Counted from the stretch's first letter, positions 13,170-25,510 are shown. The stretch is 64,000 bases of DNA from Octopus sinensis (GCF_006345805.1 NC_043011.1:20844464-20908463), one strand, 5' to 3'. A program made the numbers and translations. The notes: a model not told the origin generated them from the letters alone.

Positions 13170-13403
13170 AATAATAATAACCCTGTCTACTAAAGGCACA
13201 AGGCCTGAAATTTGGGGAAAGGGGAAGGGGACTAGTCGATTACATCGATCCCAGGATTTCACTGGTACTTGATTTATCGATCTTGAAAGGATGAAAGATA
13301 AAGTCAACCTCAGTGGAATTTGAACTCAGAACGTGAAGATGGATGAAATACTGTTAAGCATTTTTGCCTGGTATGCTAACAATTCTGCCAGCTTGCCTCC
13401 TTA
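13170..13403 (-). mobile_element. SINE family D
   Basis: Same body as 15837-16063; (TAA)n tail. Confidence 0.75.
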
Positions 13404-14145
13404 AGAATGATGTTAATAATAAACATGGTAAAAATGGGAAGTCTTTAAAGATAAAGACTAAAAGACTAAAACTAAGAAAATTATAATTTCCTTATTTTAT
13501 AATGGAAAAGATAGCTTTTAACAAAGTCAAATATATGTTTAAAGGAAAAAAACCTTGAAGATATTAACAGTATCGAAAGAGTTGTGTGTAAGGTAGAGAA
13601 CATCATAAAAGCAATAGATTGTGTGAGTGTGTTGAACAGGGTGTTGTTTTATGTCTCGTCTTGTTGGTGTTTTCAAATCCCATCAGAGTCAACTTACCAT
13701 TTTAATAATAATAATAATGATAATAAAGATACTGGCATTACAAGAAAAAAAAAAAAAGAAGAGGGATAAGTTGTCTTGAGTAAAATTAAAAGAAATTAAT
13801 AACATCGATGATTTTGGCAAGGAAATTGTGAATTTACACAAACTGCTATCTCCTTCCTGCTGCTAATTCTCAGGATTCAGCCGGAGAATCAGGGACAAGA
13901 AATAAAAATATATAATAATAATAATCCTTCTCATCAGCAATTGTAAGATCTGAAATCTTTTAAATTAATTATACGATGATTGTTATCTTGTAAAGTCTTG
14001 AGGTTTTCTAATTATTATTTTTTTTAAAACTTAATTACTTTGGCCCTATTCAGAGGACATATTGTGAAGTGAAAATTTCTTTTACTTTTCTTTCTTCTTC
14101 TTTCATCAAATCAACCCTCACCCCTACCCAATTTCCCATGATGTT

Positions 14146-14235
14146 TTATATATATGTATATATATGTGTGTGTGTGAGAGTGTGTGTGTGCATGTGTATA
14201 CATACACATACAAGTGTGTGTATGTATATATATAC

Positions 14236-14268
<33 letters not shown>

Positions 14269-14370
14269 CATATATGTATATATATATACACACACACACA
14301 TAAACATATATAAATATAGACAAATATATATATATCTTCATAAATATATATTAGATATATATCTTTATAC

Positions 14371-14427
<57 letters not shown>

Positions 14428-14449
14428 GATATATATCTTTATACATATA

Positions 14450-14515
<66 letters not shown>
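14146..14515. repeat. Compound (TA)n/(TG)n/(CA)n microsatellite
   Basis: Seen directly; about 430 bp downstream of the CTDSPL2 stop. Confidence 0.95.
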
Positions 14516-14725
14516 AAACATTGCTAAAATGTAATTAAAGGGTTTTCTGATGTTAAAATTAATTTTCTTTTATCCATTATTATTTTTTTGTTTTTGTTGT
14601 TTTTTTTTTAAATTTAGAGTGATGGGGAGGGATCCTATGGATAATAACAAAACAAAACAAAAAATTTAAAAAAAAACAAAGTTCCAGTGGACTTTTAGTT
14701 CTCCTTTTGTGTCCTCTCAGCTATG

Positions 14726-14800
14726 ATGGTAATGTGGTGGTGGGTGGTGGTGGTAGTGGTGGTAGTTGTGGAGGTGGTGGTGGTGGTGGTGGTAGTAGTA
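14726..14800. repeat. (GGT)n/(AGT)n triplet tract in the proximal 3'UTR
   Basis: Seen directly. Confidence 0.85.
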
Positions 14801-14947
14801 ACAGTAGTATTATAGAAGTAATAGATGTGTTGGAGGAGGTGTGAGTTTGTTTATACAATAGTCTGCTCAGCTCAGGACACAAGAGGAGTTAGTTCCCCCG
14901 GATTAAAAAAAAAATTATAATAAAAATAAAAACGATGGTAACGTCGA

Positions 14948-15010
14948 TTATGGTGGTAACATCTGAAAGAGCCGGTAGCGCTGTCGGATATGAGGTCGTA
15001 CGTCTTCATT
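14948..15010 (-). CDS. CTDSPL2: CTDSPL2 last coding exon (NEDVRPHIRQRYRLFQMLPP*)
   Basis: tttcag|AAT; TAA at 14950-14948. Confidence 0.96.
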   Translation of the reverse strand, partial: NEDVRPHIRQRYRLFQMLPP

Positions 15011-15192
15011 CTGAAATGAATGAAAAAAAACAAAAGAAAGAATGAAATATATAAAAAATTTTAAGCATGAGAAGGAAAAAAAAAAAGCATTATTACACAT
15101 ATAAATAAGTTTGTGTATACATCTGTGTTCACAAAGCAAATTTAAGTGATTAATATTTGTGTAAATTAAAGTTCAGTAAGTATGAATGCATA

Positions 15193-15361
15193 CAACCAGG
15201 GTTCCGCAAGAAGTTACAAAAATGCTAAAATCGACAGTAATTTTTAATTCTCCTGTGCAGATATGTGTGCATAAGACAATTAAATTATTGCACAGGGGTT
15301 CCTCGAACCTGTGAAATATTTTCTTGGGGTTCCGCTCCAGCAAAAAGGTTGAAAAGCACTG
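15193..15361 (-). mobile_element. hAT-type MITE, truncated copy of 35256-35456
   Basis: Shares the cagtgcttttcaa terminus and body. Confidence 0.8.
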
Positions 15362-15384
15362 GCATAGGTGCATAGGTACTAATA

Positions 15385-15792
15385 AACACTGGTGTATGGC
15401 ACGTAAAAAGCACCAACCAATCGTGGCCTTTTGCCAGTCTCGTCTGGCACCTGTGCTGGTGGCACGTAAAAACCACCCACTACACTCACGGAGTGGTTGG
15501 CGTTAGGAAGGGCATCTAGCTGTAGAAACACTGACAGATCAGACTGGTGCCTGGTGCAACCTCCTGGCTTCCCAGACCCCGGTCGAACCGTCCAAGCCAT
15601 GCTAGCATAGAAAACGGACGTTAAACGATGATGATGATGACATCATCATCATCATCATTTAACGCCCTCTTTCCATGCTGGCATGGGTTGGATGGTTTGA
15701 CAGGAGCTAGCCAAGCAGAAGACTGCTCCAGATTTCTGTGTCTGTTATGGCATGTTTTTTACAACTGAATGCCCTTCCTAACACCAACCACC
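15385..15792. mobile_element. Two tail-to-tail RTE family 2 3'-end copies sharing (GAT)n/(CAT)n tails
   Basis: ggcgttaggaagggcatc...ggacgttaaacgatgatg, then an inverted copy. Confidence 0.75.
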
Positions 15793-15836
15793 TATACACT
15801 CATAGACTATATCACAAAGAGAAACTACATCAAGAA

Positions 15837-16209
15837 GGCGAGCTGGCAGAAACATTAGCACGCCGGGCGAAATGCTTAGCAGTATTTCGTCTGCCGCTAC
15901 GTTCTGAGTTCAAATTCCGCCGAGGTCGACTTTTGCCTTTCATCCTTTCGAGGTCGATTAAATAAGTACCAGTTACACACTGGGGTCGATATAATCGACT
16001 TAATCCGTTTGTCTGTCCTTGTTAGTCCCCTCTGTGTTTAGCCCCTTGTGGGTAGTAAAGAAATGAATATTCTATTTGTTTCTGCTTCAAACCGGCCAAA
16101 TCTGCCTTGTCACACCAACCCTACAATATCATACTAAAAGTTAACAATCCGCTTGTCTGTGCTTGTTTGTCCACTCTGTGTGTAGCCCCTTGTGGGCAGT
16201 AAAGAAATA
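15837..16209 (+). mobile_element. Chimeric SINE D + MITE fragment + SINE D tail, with 17-bp TSD
   Basis: agaaactacatcaagaa at 15820-15836 and 16210-16226. Confidence 0.85.
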
Positions 16210-16338
16210 AGAAACTACATCAAGAAAGCCAAGCTATGTAATCTGTTTCTAGGCTGTCGGTCATTTTTCCCTTGAGCAAGTGACTTAACTCAACTTGTAT
16301 AATAAATGCGTAATAGCATAATAGTGATTACTACTTAC

Positions 16339-16434
16339 CATGGCAACAAGACTCTCCAGAAACGGCAGCAGTTTCAATAGTTCCTGGTCAGTACGCTCCA
16401 TAAACCAACTTTCAATTGGGATGCCATTATCAAG
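16339..16434 (-). CDS. CTDSPL2: CTDSPL2 coding exon 10 ([32 protein letters not shown])
   Basis: tttcag|CTT ... ATG|gtaagt; 96 nt. Confidence 0.97.
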
Positions 16435-16531
16435 CTGAAAACAATGGAAAGAGAATAGGAAACTTATTAGCAATTTCTCTTTTACCATACACTCACACAC
16501 ATGGTTATTCACACACACACACATATCTTTC

Positions 16532-16918
16532 TCTATATACATATATATATGTAAACAGCAAAATGTCTGTGTGTGTGTGTGTGCGTGTTCTTTATGCAAA
16601 TCCACAATTTTTCAATTAGAGGGCCCGCACTTTCTATGGTCATCCAAAACCGTCCAAGGCAGGTCGTGCACATCTTTACATTTCCCCAGTCACCCTGCAA
16701 AGCCATTAAAATAATCAATAGAAGTGACTTTTTTGTGAATTTTCTATCTCAAACCCAATCAAAATGCCCGAAACTTGATACGCCAATTGAATGCCAGCTA
16801 GCTGTATGTGATTGGTCAGAGATTTGGACAGTACTCGTGTGTATGTGCGCATGCACGCACGCAGCTGTATATGCATGCACTAGCGCTATAACCCGGCGTT
16901 GCCAGGTCATAGTGCTAG
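16532..16918 (+). mobile_element. Non-autonomous Helitron-like element
   Basis: 5' TCTATA..., (TG)n, 3' hairpin ending CTAG followed by T; no TSD; three copies in the window. Confidence 0.75.
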
Positions 16919-17599
16919 TACATTTATATTTTTTTTTACTGGTTTTCAATCTTTGAGCTATGGCTTTGCTGGTGTTATTGCTCTGATATTACATATGCAT
17001 GCACACAAACATATCTACATATCTTACATATATCCACTACTGGTATCAAAGATAAATATTTCAATTGTTCATTGAATGGAATTACTACTCAATGAATTAG
17101 TTTAAGTGGCTGAGTATTCCAAAGACATTACTTAATTAAGTTCTTTGCTCTCAATGGTGCATAGATCATCAATGACCTTTTCCCATATTTCTTGACTCTG
17201 GGCTGTCTCTTCCAGGCAGAATGTCTTTCTCTCTCAGGTCTTGTTGTTTCTAAATTGTCATTAGTGATTCTGTAACTTTGCATTTTTCTATGTAGGGGGT
17301 GTTGGCCCTATGCAAACCCACTTTTATCTCTGGGAAGAAGTAGTCCATTTTAGTCTGGTCTTTGACCAGTCCAGCATGAGAGACCCTACCAGGTACTTGT
17401 GCTCCACTGGTAAACTTCTCAGGGTCACTGAAGCATAACAAGAACTAGACCTTGTAGTGGTCACATACACTTATACCCTTAACATAACCTGTATGATATA
17501 CGTAACAAAGCTGGTCTTTTGAATTACAAACACAGTTCACTTAACAGGCTTCCACAGTTTCCATCTATCCAATTCTACTGACAAAGCTTGTTTCATTTT

Positions 17600-17828
17600 T
17601 TTAACCCTTTCGTTACCAACCCAACTGAAACTGGTTCTGGCTCTGAGTACAAATGTCTTGTTTTCATAAGTTTTGAATTAAAATCTTCCACCAAACCTTA
17701 GTCATAATTTATGTTCCTAACACTAGCTGAATGATAGCTAAGTTATTTTACTAAATTCTTTGTCATATTTAACATAACTGAAAGAAATACAGAGCATCTC
17801 AAAACAAATACAGTAACAAAAGGATTAA
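17600..17828. mobile_element. piggyBac-like MITE family B
   Basis: TTAA-ccctttcgttac ... gtaacaaaagga-TTAA. Confidence 0.7.
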
Positions 17829-17864
17829 GGCTATGGTAGAAGACAACTGCCCTGTTCCAGACCT

Positions 17865-18090
17865 GTTGGCAGTGTGCATCAAGGAAGAACACCGATCAGT
17901 GGTCCAATTTATCTGGTCTGGGGGTGTGTCAGGGGCTGAAATTTATCACACGTTTTCAATATGATACAGGAACAGCACTCTGCAGCATAATAGTGTGTAT
18001 GAGTGAATTGAGCAAGAATTTGAAATGCAGAGAATGGAGTGGAAATACTTGGAATTGCCAGTGAAAAAGAAATTCAAGAATGAATCTGTA
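17865..18090 (+). mobile_element. Degenerate mariner transposase fragment
   Basis: CIKEEHRSVVQFIWSGGVSGAEIY...SVYE*IE and MEWK...PVKKKFK resemble the mariner N-terminus and linker. Confidence 0.65.
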
Positions 18091-18407
18091 ACCTCATGAT
18101 TTCAAACCAAACTTAAGAACCATTTGGCCAACACACACACACATATATAATATGGCTGAGTGGTTAAGAAGCCTGCTTTGCAACAATGTGGTTCTGGGTT
18201 CAATTCCATGGTAGCCCTTTGGGCATGGTCCTCTACTAGAGTCCCAGACTGACCAATGCTTTGTGAGTGAATTTGGTAGATGGAAACTACATAAAAGCCT
18301 ATGTGTGAGAGTAATCATTTGAAACATTTAGTTCATAGGAGAGAGAGAAAATACCGGAAAGTAAGCACAGGTGCAACACAAACAAAATAACATGTTTTAT
18401 AGCTTAC

Positions 18408-18534
18408 CTGATAGCCAAACGCCTGCGGTGAATTATCCACAATGATGGTTTTTGACAAATCACGGCCAAGTATAGTAAGGTCTTTAATATAGTTGCCATT
18501 AACGCACACGCAGTGTTCTCGGAACAATCTATGC
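18408..18534 (-). CDS. CTDSPL2: CTDSPL2 coding exon 9 ([19 protein letters not shown]...[10 protein letters not shown])
   Basis: tacaag|G ... CAG|gtaagc; 127 nt. Confidence 0.97.
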
Positions 18535-18825
18535 CTTGTAGTGAGAAGAAAAGAAAAAACAGAAATGAATAGATATAAATCTGGTTACAGGTTGCATGAA
18601 AGCAATTTCTTTCTTTTCTAACCCAAGAATATATGATGTTATTGGTTACCCTGGCTATATCCAGCCAAAGTATTCTACATGTTTTATGTTCAAACCAACC
18701 AGATATGGCCTTTCACACCTATCCTACAATGTCATTCTAAAAAAATGTACAATTACATCATTGAAATCTTGAAGCTACAAGATAATGCATGGTTAATTAA
18801 AAACAATGTGAATAAATAAGCATTA

Positions 18826-19338
18826 CAGTAAATCCTCGAGTATAGTCTGCCCTAGAGTATAATATGCAGGGGATTTTTAGGGGGCTGTACCTCTGAAAAA
18901 CTTAAACCTTGTGTATAATACACACCCCTTCTCTAACTTGATTCAAGGAGGTCTATATAACGTCCTTGGTTTGTAAAAATGTATATGGTAATGTCCTTTA
19001 TTATTATTGCATATATCACATAATGCAAATGTGAAGCTTTTTTGTGCATTTTGTTTGCAGAAAATAAAGAAATAACAGTAATAATGTTTAATAAATGTTG
19101 CTTACTGCAAGTTATGGATGATTCTTTTATGACTTCATTGCTTTCAGGCTTAGCTTAAGGTATTTTCGCGCCCGACATCACAAAATGCGTCTGAATAAAC
19201 ATTGCCGGACAGGCAAATAGAGACTCGGACATTGCTTAGAAAATAATTTTCATTTTTAACCTCGTATATAGTACGCACTAGGGATTTTGACCTTTAAATT
19301 TTGGGGAAAAAATGCTGATTATACTCGAGGATTTACGG
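18826..19338. mobile_element. pogo/Tc1-superfamily MITE nested in a piggyBac-like MITE A
   Basis: TIR cagtaaatcctcgagtata / tatactcgaggatttacgg with TA TSD; it splits the host motif catta|catttg. Confidence 0.85.
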
Positions 19339-19699
19339 TACATTTGATGGAATAATCATCATCATCATCATTTAACATCTACTTTCCATGCTGGCATGGG
19401 TTGATCAGTTTGACATGGAGCTGGATAGCAAAGCTGTCCAGACTGCAATCGTCTGTTGTGGCATGGTTTCTACAACTGGATGCCCTTCCTAATATCAACC
19501 ACTTAAAAGAGTGTACTGGGTGCTTCTCATATGCCACTGGTATGGGTGCATTAATGCAGCACTGGCATGGATACTTTTTAAGTAGCACTGATACCTAAAA
19601 GGACAAGCCTGTATGTGCTGAAGACAGCGATTTTACTTAGATTGACGCGTCTTATCAAGTACAGCAAGTTGCTACATCTCTCAGTCCCTTATCATGTCC

Positions 19700-20405
19700 T
19701 CAGTGAGACCCAGCATCTGAAGATCCTTTCTCACCACTTCTTCCCATGTTTTCCTGGGTCTACCCCTTCCACAGGTACCCTTCACAATTAAAATTCGGTA
19801 CTTTCTTTACATGTGGAAGCACAATGGCCCAGTGGTTAGGGCAGCAGACTCACAGTCAGAGGATCGCGGTTTCGATTCCCAGACCGGGCGTTGTGTGTGT
19901 TTATTGAGCCAAAACACCTAAAGATCCATGAGGCTCCAGCAGGGGGGTGGTGGCAACCCCTGTTGTACTCTTTGCCCCAACTTTCTCACACTCTCTCTTC
20001 CTGTTTCTTGAGTAACGCTGTGATGGACTGGCATCCCATCCAGCTGGGGGGAACACATACGCCACAGAAACCAGAAAACCGAGCCCATGAGCCTGGCTAG
20101 GCTTGAAAAGGGCGCATAAATAAAATAAAACTTTCTTTACACAACCATCCTCGTCCGTATGCATCACATGACCAAACTAGTGCAGTTTTCTCTCTTGGAC
20201 ACACCATCTGATGCCTCTTATACTCGGTTTTCCTCTTAAATCATTTATACTGTATTGTGCATGCACACTGACATTACCCATCCAGTGGAGCACGCTGGCT
20301 CCATTTCTTTCAAGCCTTTACAAGTCCTCTGTAGTCAAAGCCCATGTTTCACTGCCATGTAACACAGCTGTACATAAACAGGCATCATGCAATCTGCCCT
20401 TCACT
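19700..20405 (-). mobile_element. Old RTE family 2 fragment interrupted by SINE B (19812-20128, + strand)
   Basis: Homologous to 38404-38868; SINE flanked by TSD ctttctttaca (19801-19811, 20131-20141). Confidence 0.75.
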
Positions 20406-20712
20406 CTTGAATGCTATAAAAGGTTAAACACAAAAATTGGCAAATTCTTCAAGATATTAGGTGCTCTTTACATAGCACCAGCACTGGTGCGGTCGCCAAA
20501 TAACATGCAACCCAAGAACTCTCAGTGGTGAGGACAGTGAATGAGTCCAGATGGCTCAGCTGACATACTACAAGACTGCACCAACACTACCAAATACACA
20601 TAACCAACAAGAACTTGGGGGGAAAAAATTGTAACAGTTCAAAACCCAATTAAATCCCAAGTGAAGTAGCATCATATAAACCCTGCAAATCACAAAATGT
20701 AAATAGATATGT

Positions 20713-21273
20713 TTAACTCGTTAGCATTTAAAGCAGCCATATCCAGCCAAAATATTTTACTTGTTTTATGTTCAAATTGGCCAGATCCAACCTCTCATAC
20801 CTACCCTACAATGTTATTCTTAAAAATAAACAATTACATCATCAAAATCTCGACACTATGAAATAATGCATGATTAATTCAAAATAATGTGAATGTGGCA
20901 CCTTGGGCAAGTGTCTTCTACTATAGCCTCGGGCCGACCAAAGCCTTGTGAGTGGATTTGGTAGACGGTAACTGAAAGAAGCCTGTCGTATATATGTATA
21001 TATATGTGTGAGTGTTTGTGTGTCTGTCTGTCCCCACCAACATCGCTTGACAACCGATGCTTGTGTGTTTACGTCCCCGTAACTTAGCAGTTCAGCAAAA
21101 GAGACCGATAGAATAAGTACTAGGCTTACAAAGAATAAGTCCTGGGGGTCAATTCCCTCGACTAAAGACGGTGCTCCAGCATGGCCGCAGTCAAATGACT
21201 GAAACCAGTAAAAGAGTAAAAAGAGTATATAAGTATTACATTTGATTTAGTAATCTGAATGATTAAAGGGTTA
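20713..21273. mobile_element. piggyBac-like MITE A containing a 5'-truncated SINE A (20896-21225)
   Basis: ttaactcgttagcatt ... aatgattaaagggtta termini. Confidence 0.7.
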
Positions 21274-21556
21274 GAGTTGAGTTGGTTTCATACCCAAAGC
21301 TGTCACATTTTATAGATATAAATTTACAATTATTCCAAAATTTGAAACCTAAAAAACACTTTCCATCCGAAGCATCTTACACGAGGGATTATCAAATGTA
21401 CTTATTCAGAACTAGATGAAATGCTTATGTTGTGAGTTAAGAACAATGATGACAAACATGATAATATTCTCTTGGTTTGGTATATAGTGCTCTATCGGTG
21501 GGGGCCACATAAACACACACTAACAGAACTACAGTCTCCACTGAACATGAACTTAC

Positions 21557-21699
21557 TTGATTAACTTTTTATGAGGGTCCAATAGATTCATCAGTTTATC
21601 AGCATACACCTTCTTTGAAGCAGTAAACAGTATTACTTCAAACACTTGTGATACTCTTTCTAAAAACTCCCGAAAGAATGGTCTTGTACGAACAAAAAC
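21557..21699 (-). CDS. CTDSPL2: CTDSPL2 coding exon 8 ([13 protein letters not shown]...[23 protein letters not shown])
   Basis: tttcag|GTT ... AA|gtaagt; 143 nt. Confidence 0.97.
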
Positions 21700-22087
21700 C
21701 TGAAATAACCATAGAAATAAAAGGTTAAATAAATACAAAATCGTCGTTGTCGTCGTCGTTTAAGGTCCGCTTTCCATGCTAGCATGGGTTGGACGATTTG
21801 ACTGAGGACTGGCGAACCAAATGGCTGCACCAGGCGGCTCCAATCTTGATCTGGCAGAGTTTCTACAGCTGGATGCCCTTCCTAATGCCAACCACTCTGA
21901 GAGTGTAGTGGGTGCTTTTACGTGCCACCAGCACGAGGGCCAGTCAGGTGGTATTGGCAACGGTCACAAAAAATGGTTTTCTTTTTTTTGCTTTTTTTTT
22001 TATATATTTTTAAAAAATCAATTTAGAAAATAATTATGATTATGAGGAGGATTGGGGCTAAAAAAAACAATAACGGCCCAAATATAC

Positions 22088-22174
22088 CTGGTAGGTGATG
22101 TCTTGAAATAAAACAGGAAAAGTGAATGCGGCATCATCCAACTCAGTTAGGCTGCAGTGAACCAGAGTTTCATC
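22088..22174 (-). CDS. CTDSPL2: CTDSPL2 coding exon 7 ([29 protein letters not shown])
   Basis: ttgcag|GAT ... CAG|gtatat; 87 nt; completes the DLDET catalytic motif. Confidence 0.97.
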
Positions 22175-22368
22175 CTGCAACAGAATAAAACAAATACAGA
22201 ATAAAGGAATCAAAATTGAACAAAAATACAGCTTGCTATGAATGGTCTTCTAAGAAGTGTTATGACAATTAGTAAAGTAGTGTTAACATATTTAATGCAA
22301 AAACAAAAAGAAAGAATATAATTAAAGATAATTATGTGAGGAAAATACATTAGTTCAATGACTGATAT

Positions 22369-22760
22369 TTTAATCCTTTAGCATTTAATCTGGCCATATT
22401 CAGCCAAAATATTCTATCTGTTTTATATTTAAACCAGCCAGATCAAGCCTCTCACACCTACTCTACAATGTCATTCAAAAGAAATAACAATTACATCATG
22501 AAAATCTTGAAGCTACAAGATAATGCATGATTAATTCAAAATGATGTCAATTCAATTCAATTCAATTTTTATTAGCTCAAAAAGCAAAAGCAAGGCCATG
22601 TAGGGGGACAGGGAGTTATGTAAAGGGAGAGTGGTCATACAAAGAGTTCAGGCCATTTCTGGTCAAGAGAGACTTTGAACCAAGCGGTCGTTGGCATCTT
22701 TATTTATGTAAATAAATAAGTATTACATTTGACATAGTAATCTGAATGCTAAAGGGTTAA
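22369..22760. mobile_element. piggyBac-like MITE A with a retroelement 3' end ((TTGAA)n tail, - strand) inserted at about 22548-22705
   Basis: ttaatcctttagcatt ... aatgctaaagggttaa. Confidence 0.7.
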
Positions 22761-22996
22761 TCATTTTAGCTATATGAGACAACTCTGGACTTGTTAGCAC
22801 AGCTACTAAACAACACTTCTTTTAGATTTTTGCTTCGCTTTCTATATAAAATGGCTGGTGAGATAGTGACGAAACATGAGAAAAAAAATTTCTTCTCACA
22901 ACTGATTCCTGCTTATCTTTGACAAAGCAGAAATGACTGTGAATTTTGGTGCTATGAGCAGAAAAATCAGACAGAGAGAGAGAAAGGGAGAAACAT

Positions 22997-23315
22997 TAAA
23001 AGACCACCTTCAGTCATGACTGACCATAGGATTGTACCTAGAAAGTTACCCTCCAGGGTACAAGTCCAGGGAAGGTTGTTTATGGAAGACCAGCAGTTGC
23101 CCATACATACCAGTAATGTTATCTGAGGGAAAGGCAAAGGCCGATACAGCTTGGCACCAGTGACGTTGCAACTCATTTCTACAACTGAGTGAACTGGAGC
23201 AACATGAAATAAAGTGTCTGGCTCAAGAACACAACACATAGCCTGGTCTGGGAACCAAACTCACTACCTTATGACTGAGCCCAATGCTCAAACCACTGGG
23301 CCATGTGCCTTCATG
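22997..23315 (-). mobile_element. SINE family C
   Basis: Matches 34978-35485 and 39946-40270. Confidence 0.75.
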
Positions 23316-23689
23316 GGAGAAACACTAAGATATATTAAATGACTCTGATTGCTACGGACATCTCTTTCTTTCTCTCTCTCTCTCTCATTGTCTATCTGTA
23401 TATATAAATTTCTGCATGTATGTGCATGTTTGCCTCTAGTGTCAAGAAATATTCATGTAACAAAAAAAAAAAAAAAAAAAAACCCAATACCAAATACAGG
23501 TTCAATGTCCTGTCAGCTGTGCCAAATCACAAGCATCCAAATGGTAGCACCCAACCATGCCATTCTAACTGAACTAGGTATTCTGAGGCCACTAAACATT
23601 AAACAGTACCATTTTAGGATGATGAATCTTCTCCATCTTTTAGTAATTTCATTTTTCTTAAAATATGTAAAAAAGAAATAAATAATGCA

Positions 23690-23932
23690 CCCTTTTAAAG
23701 CTTAGCCAGGCTCATGGGCCTGGTTTCCTGGTTTCTATGGCATATGTGTTCCCCAGCTGGATGGGACACCAGTCCATCACGGCTTTACTCATTTTTGCCA
23801 GCTGAGTGGACTGGAGTAATGTGAAATGAAGTGCTTTGCTCAAGAACACAATGCGTCGCCCGGTCCTGGAATCAAAACCACAATCTTACGATCATGGTGC
23901 TAACACCCTAACCACTAAGCCATGTGCCTCCA
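23690..23932 (-). mobile_element. SINE (family C head, family B-type tail)
   Basis: tRNA-like head; tail cccatgagcctggctaagctttaaaaggg is shared with 20080-20115. Confidence 0.7.
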
Positions 23933-24227
23933 GAATATGTAAAACAATACATTTATTAAAGGAGATATTCTGAACAAGACAATGTTAAAATATGAAAACA
24001 AAATTATAACAGAATAAAAATAAAAAAACTTTATATAAAATTTAAATAATACAAATCATTTGAACAGAAAAATTAAGAATTCTTTCATAAATTAAAAATA
24101 AAAAAATTCTTGAAAACTATAACATTTAGATTTATCCAACCTATATTCTATTAGAAAAAATCATATACATTAGGAAAAAATATGGATAAAAGAGATAGAG
24201 AAACATGAAGAGAGGGAGGGGAAGAAG

Positions 24228-24508
24228 ATCATCATCATTGTTCGGCCGTGGTCGAGACAATAGAATTTACTATGTTACACCAGACCTCACGGTCCATCAT
24301 AGCATTACAGAGGTCCTGTTGCTGGATGCCTGTATCCCTGGAGATTACATAAGGGTAGGAGAGTATGCGCCCTCTGGCATCGCGAGCAGATGGCTTCCAG
24401 AGGAGAAGAGTAGAAATTATCTCGTTTTCAGCTCTACAACAATGTCCAGCAAACTGGACTCTTCTACCTTTCACAAGAGATGATACAGGTGGTAGTTTCC
24501 CGTGTATA
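24228..24508 (-). mobile_element. RTE family 1 3' fragment
   Basis: [23 protein letters not shown]...; near-identical to 10795-11075. Confidence 0.9.
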
Positions 24509-24615
24509 TTTAAAAAAAATATAATTAGAATAGAAAAAAAAAAAAAGAAAGTGAATGAGAGCATGAAAGAAACGGAGGAAGTGAATGAGAGAAAGAATAA
24601 GAAAGATACACTTAC

Positions 24616-24727
24616 CAAGTCGAGAACAAGGGAGAACTCTGGCGAACTGCGTGTCTTGAGTGGCAGTGCTGGTGCACGTGCTCGCAGTTCATCTGTGAGA
24701 GGCGGAAGTGAACGGATGAAATGATAT
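24616..24727 (-). CDS. CTDSPL2: CTDSPL2 coding exon 6 ([10 protein letters not shown]...PEFSLVLDL)
   Basis: ttttcag|A ... TTG|gtaagt; 112 nt; first half of the DxDxT motif. Confidence 0.97.
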
Positions 24728-24851
24728 CTGAAAATAACGATATTAATTATACACGTGACCACTGATGACAGCGATTGAAAATATAGTAGCTTTTATACAC
24801 ACTTATTTGTAAGCATCTGTGCACAAATCTCCACACACACACACACACATC

Positions 24852-24883
<32 letters not shown>

Positions 24884-24887
<4 letters not shown>

Positions 24888-25175
24888 AGGGAAATCACTA
24901 CGTGGACACCCATATGCTAGAAATAGATCCACTACGGTCTCACCACTAAGAAATGTTCTCAAGAAAAATTTAGCAAAACAACCAAAATGTAATCGAGCAA
25001 GACAAAAGAAAAAGTAATAAAATATGGATTATTCATATTACTTTTTCTTTTGTCTTGCTCGATTACGTCTTGGTTGTTTTGCTAAATTTTTCCTGAGAAC
25101 ATTTCTTAGTGGTGAGACCGTAGCGGATCTATTTCTAGCATATGGGTGTCCACATAGTGGTTTCCCTCTAATATG
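24884..25175. repeat. Long inverted repeat (about 135-bp arms, short loop) embedded in (TA)n
   Basis: Arms are reverse complements with few mismatches. Confidence 0.92.
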
Positions 25176-25472
25176 TATATATATATAATACAATTTTACT
25201 GAACCTTCAGTTTTTTTTATGCTAGACCACTGGTGTGAAATCGATGTTAATTAAATTAATATCTAATTTCTCACCTTCATTTTAAATTTATATATACATA
25301 TATTCAAGTTTGAAATACAAACAGCACTAGTGTAATAAACATCATCGACCACATATACTTAACATATATTCTCTAGGTGTTCTAACACCTGGTGCTTTGA
25401 GAGAGTAATGACCTTCATGTCAAATCAGAGCCTACCAGCAAACACATTCAGTATATGAGGTTGATAGTGTTC

Positions 25473-25506
<34 letters not shown>

Positions 25507-25510
<4 letters not shown>

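Noticed and set aside
14069-14428. ORFs rich in YI/CV/HT repeats (also 57947-58264, 42002-42187 and others)
   Set aside because: They are translations of dinucleotide microsatellites.
24365-24724. Plus-strand ORFs antisense to exon 6 and exon 5 (also 26607-26837)
   Set aside because: Shadow ORFs of real coding or RTE sequence; no independent support.
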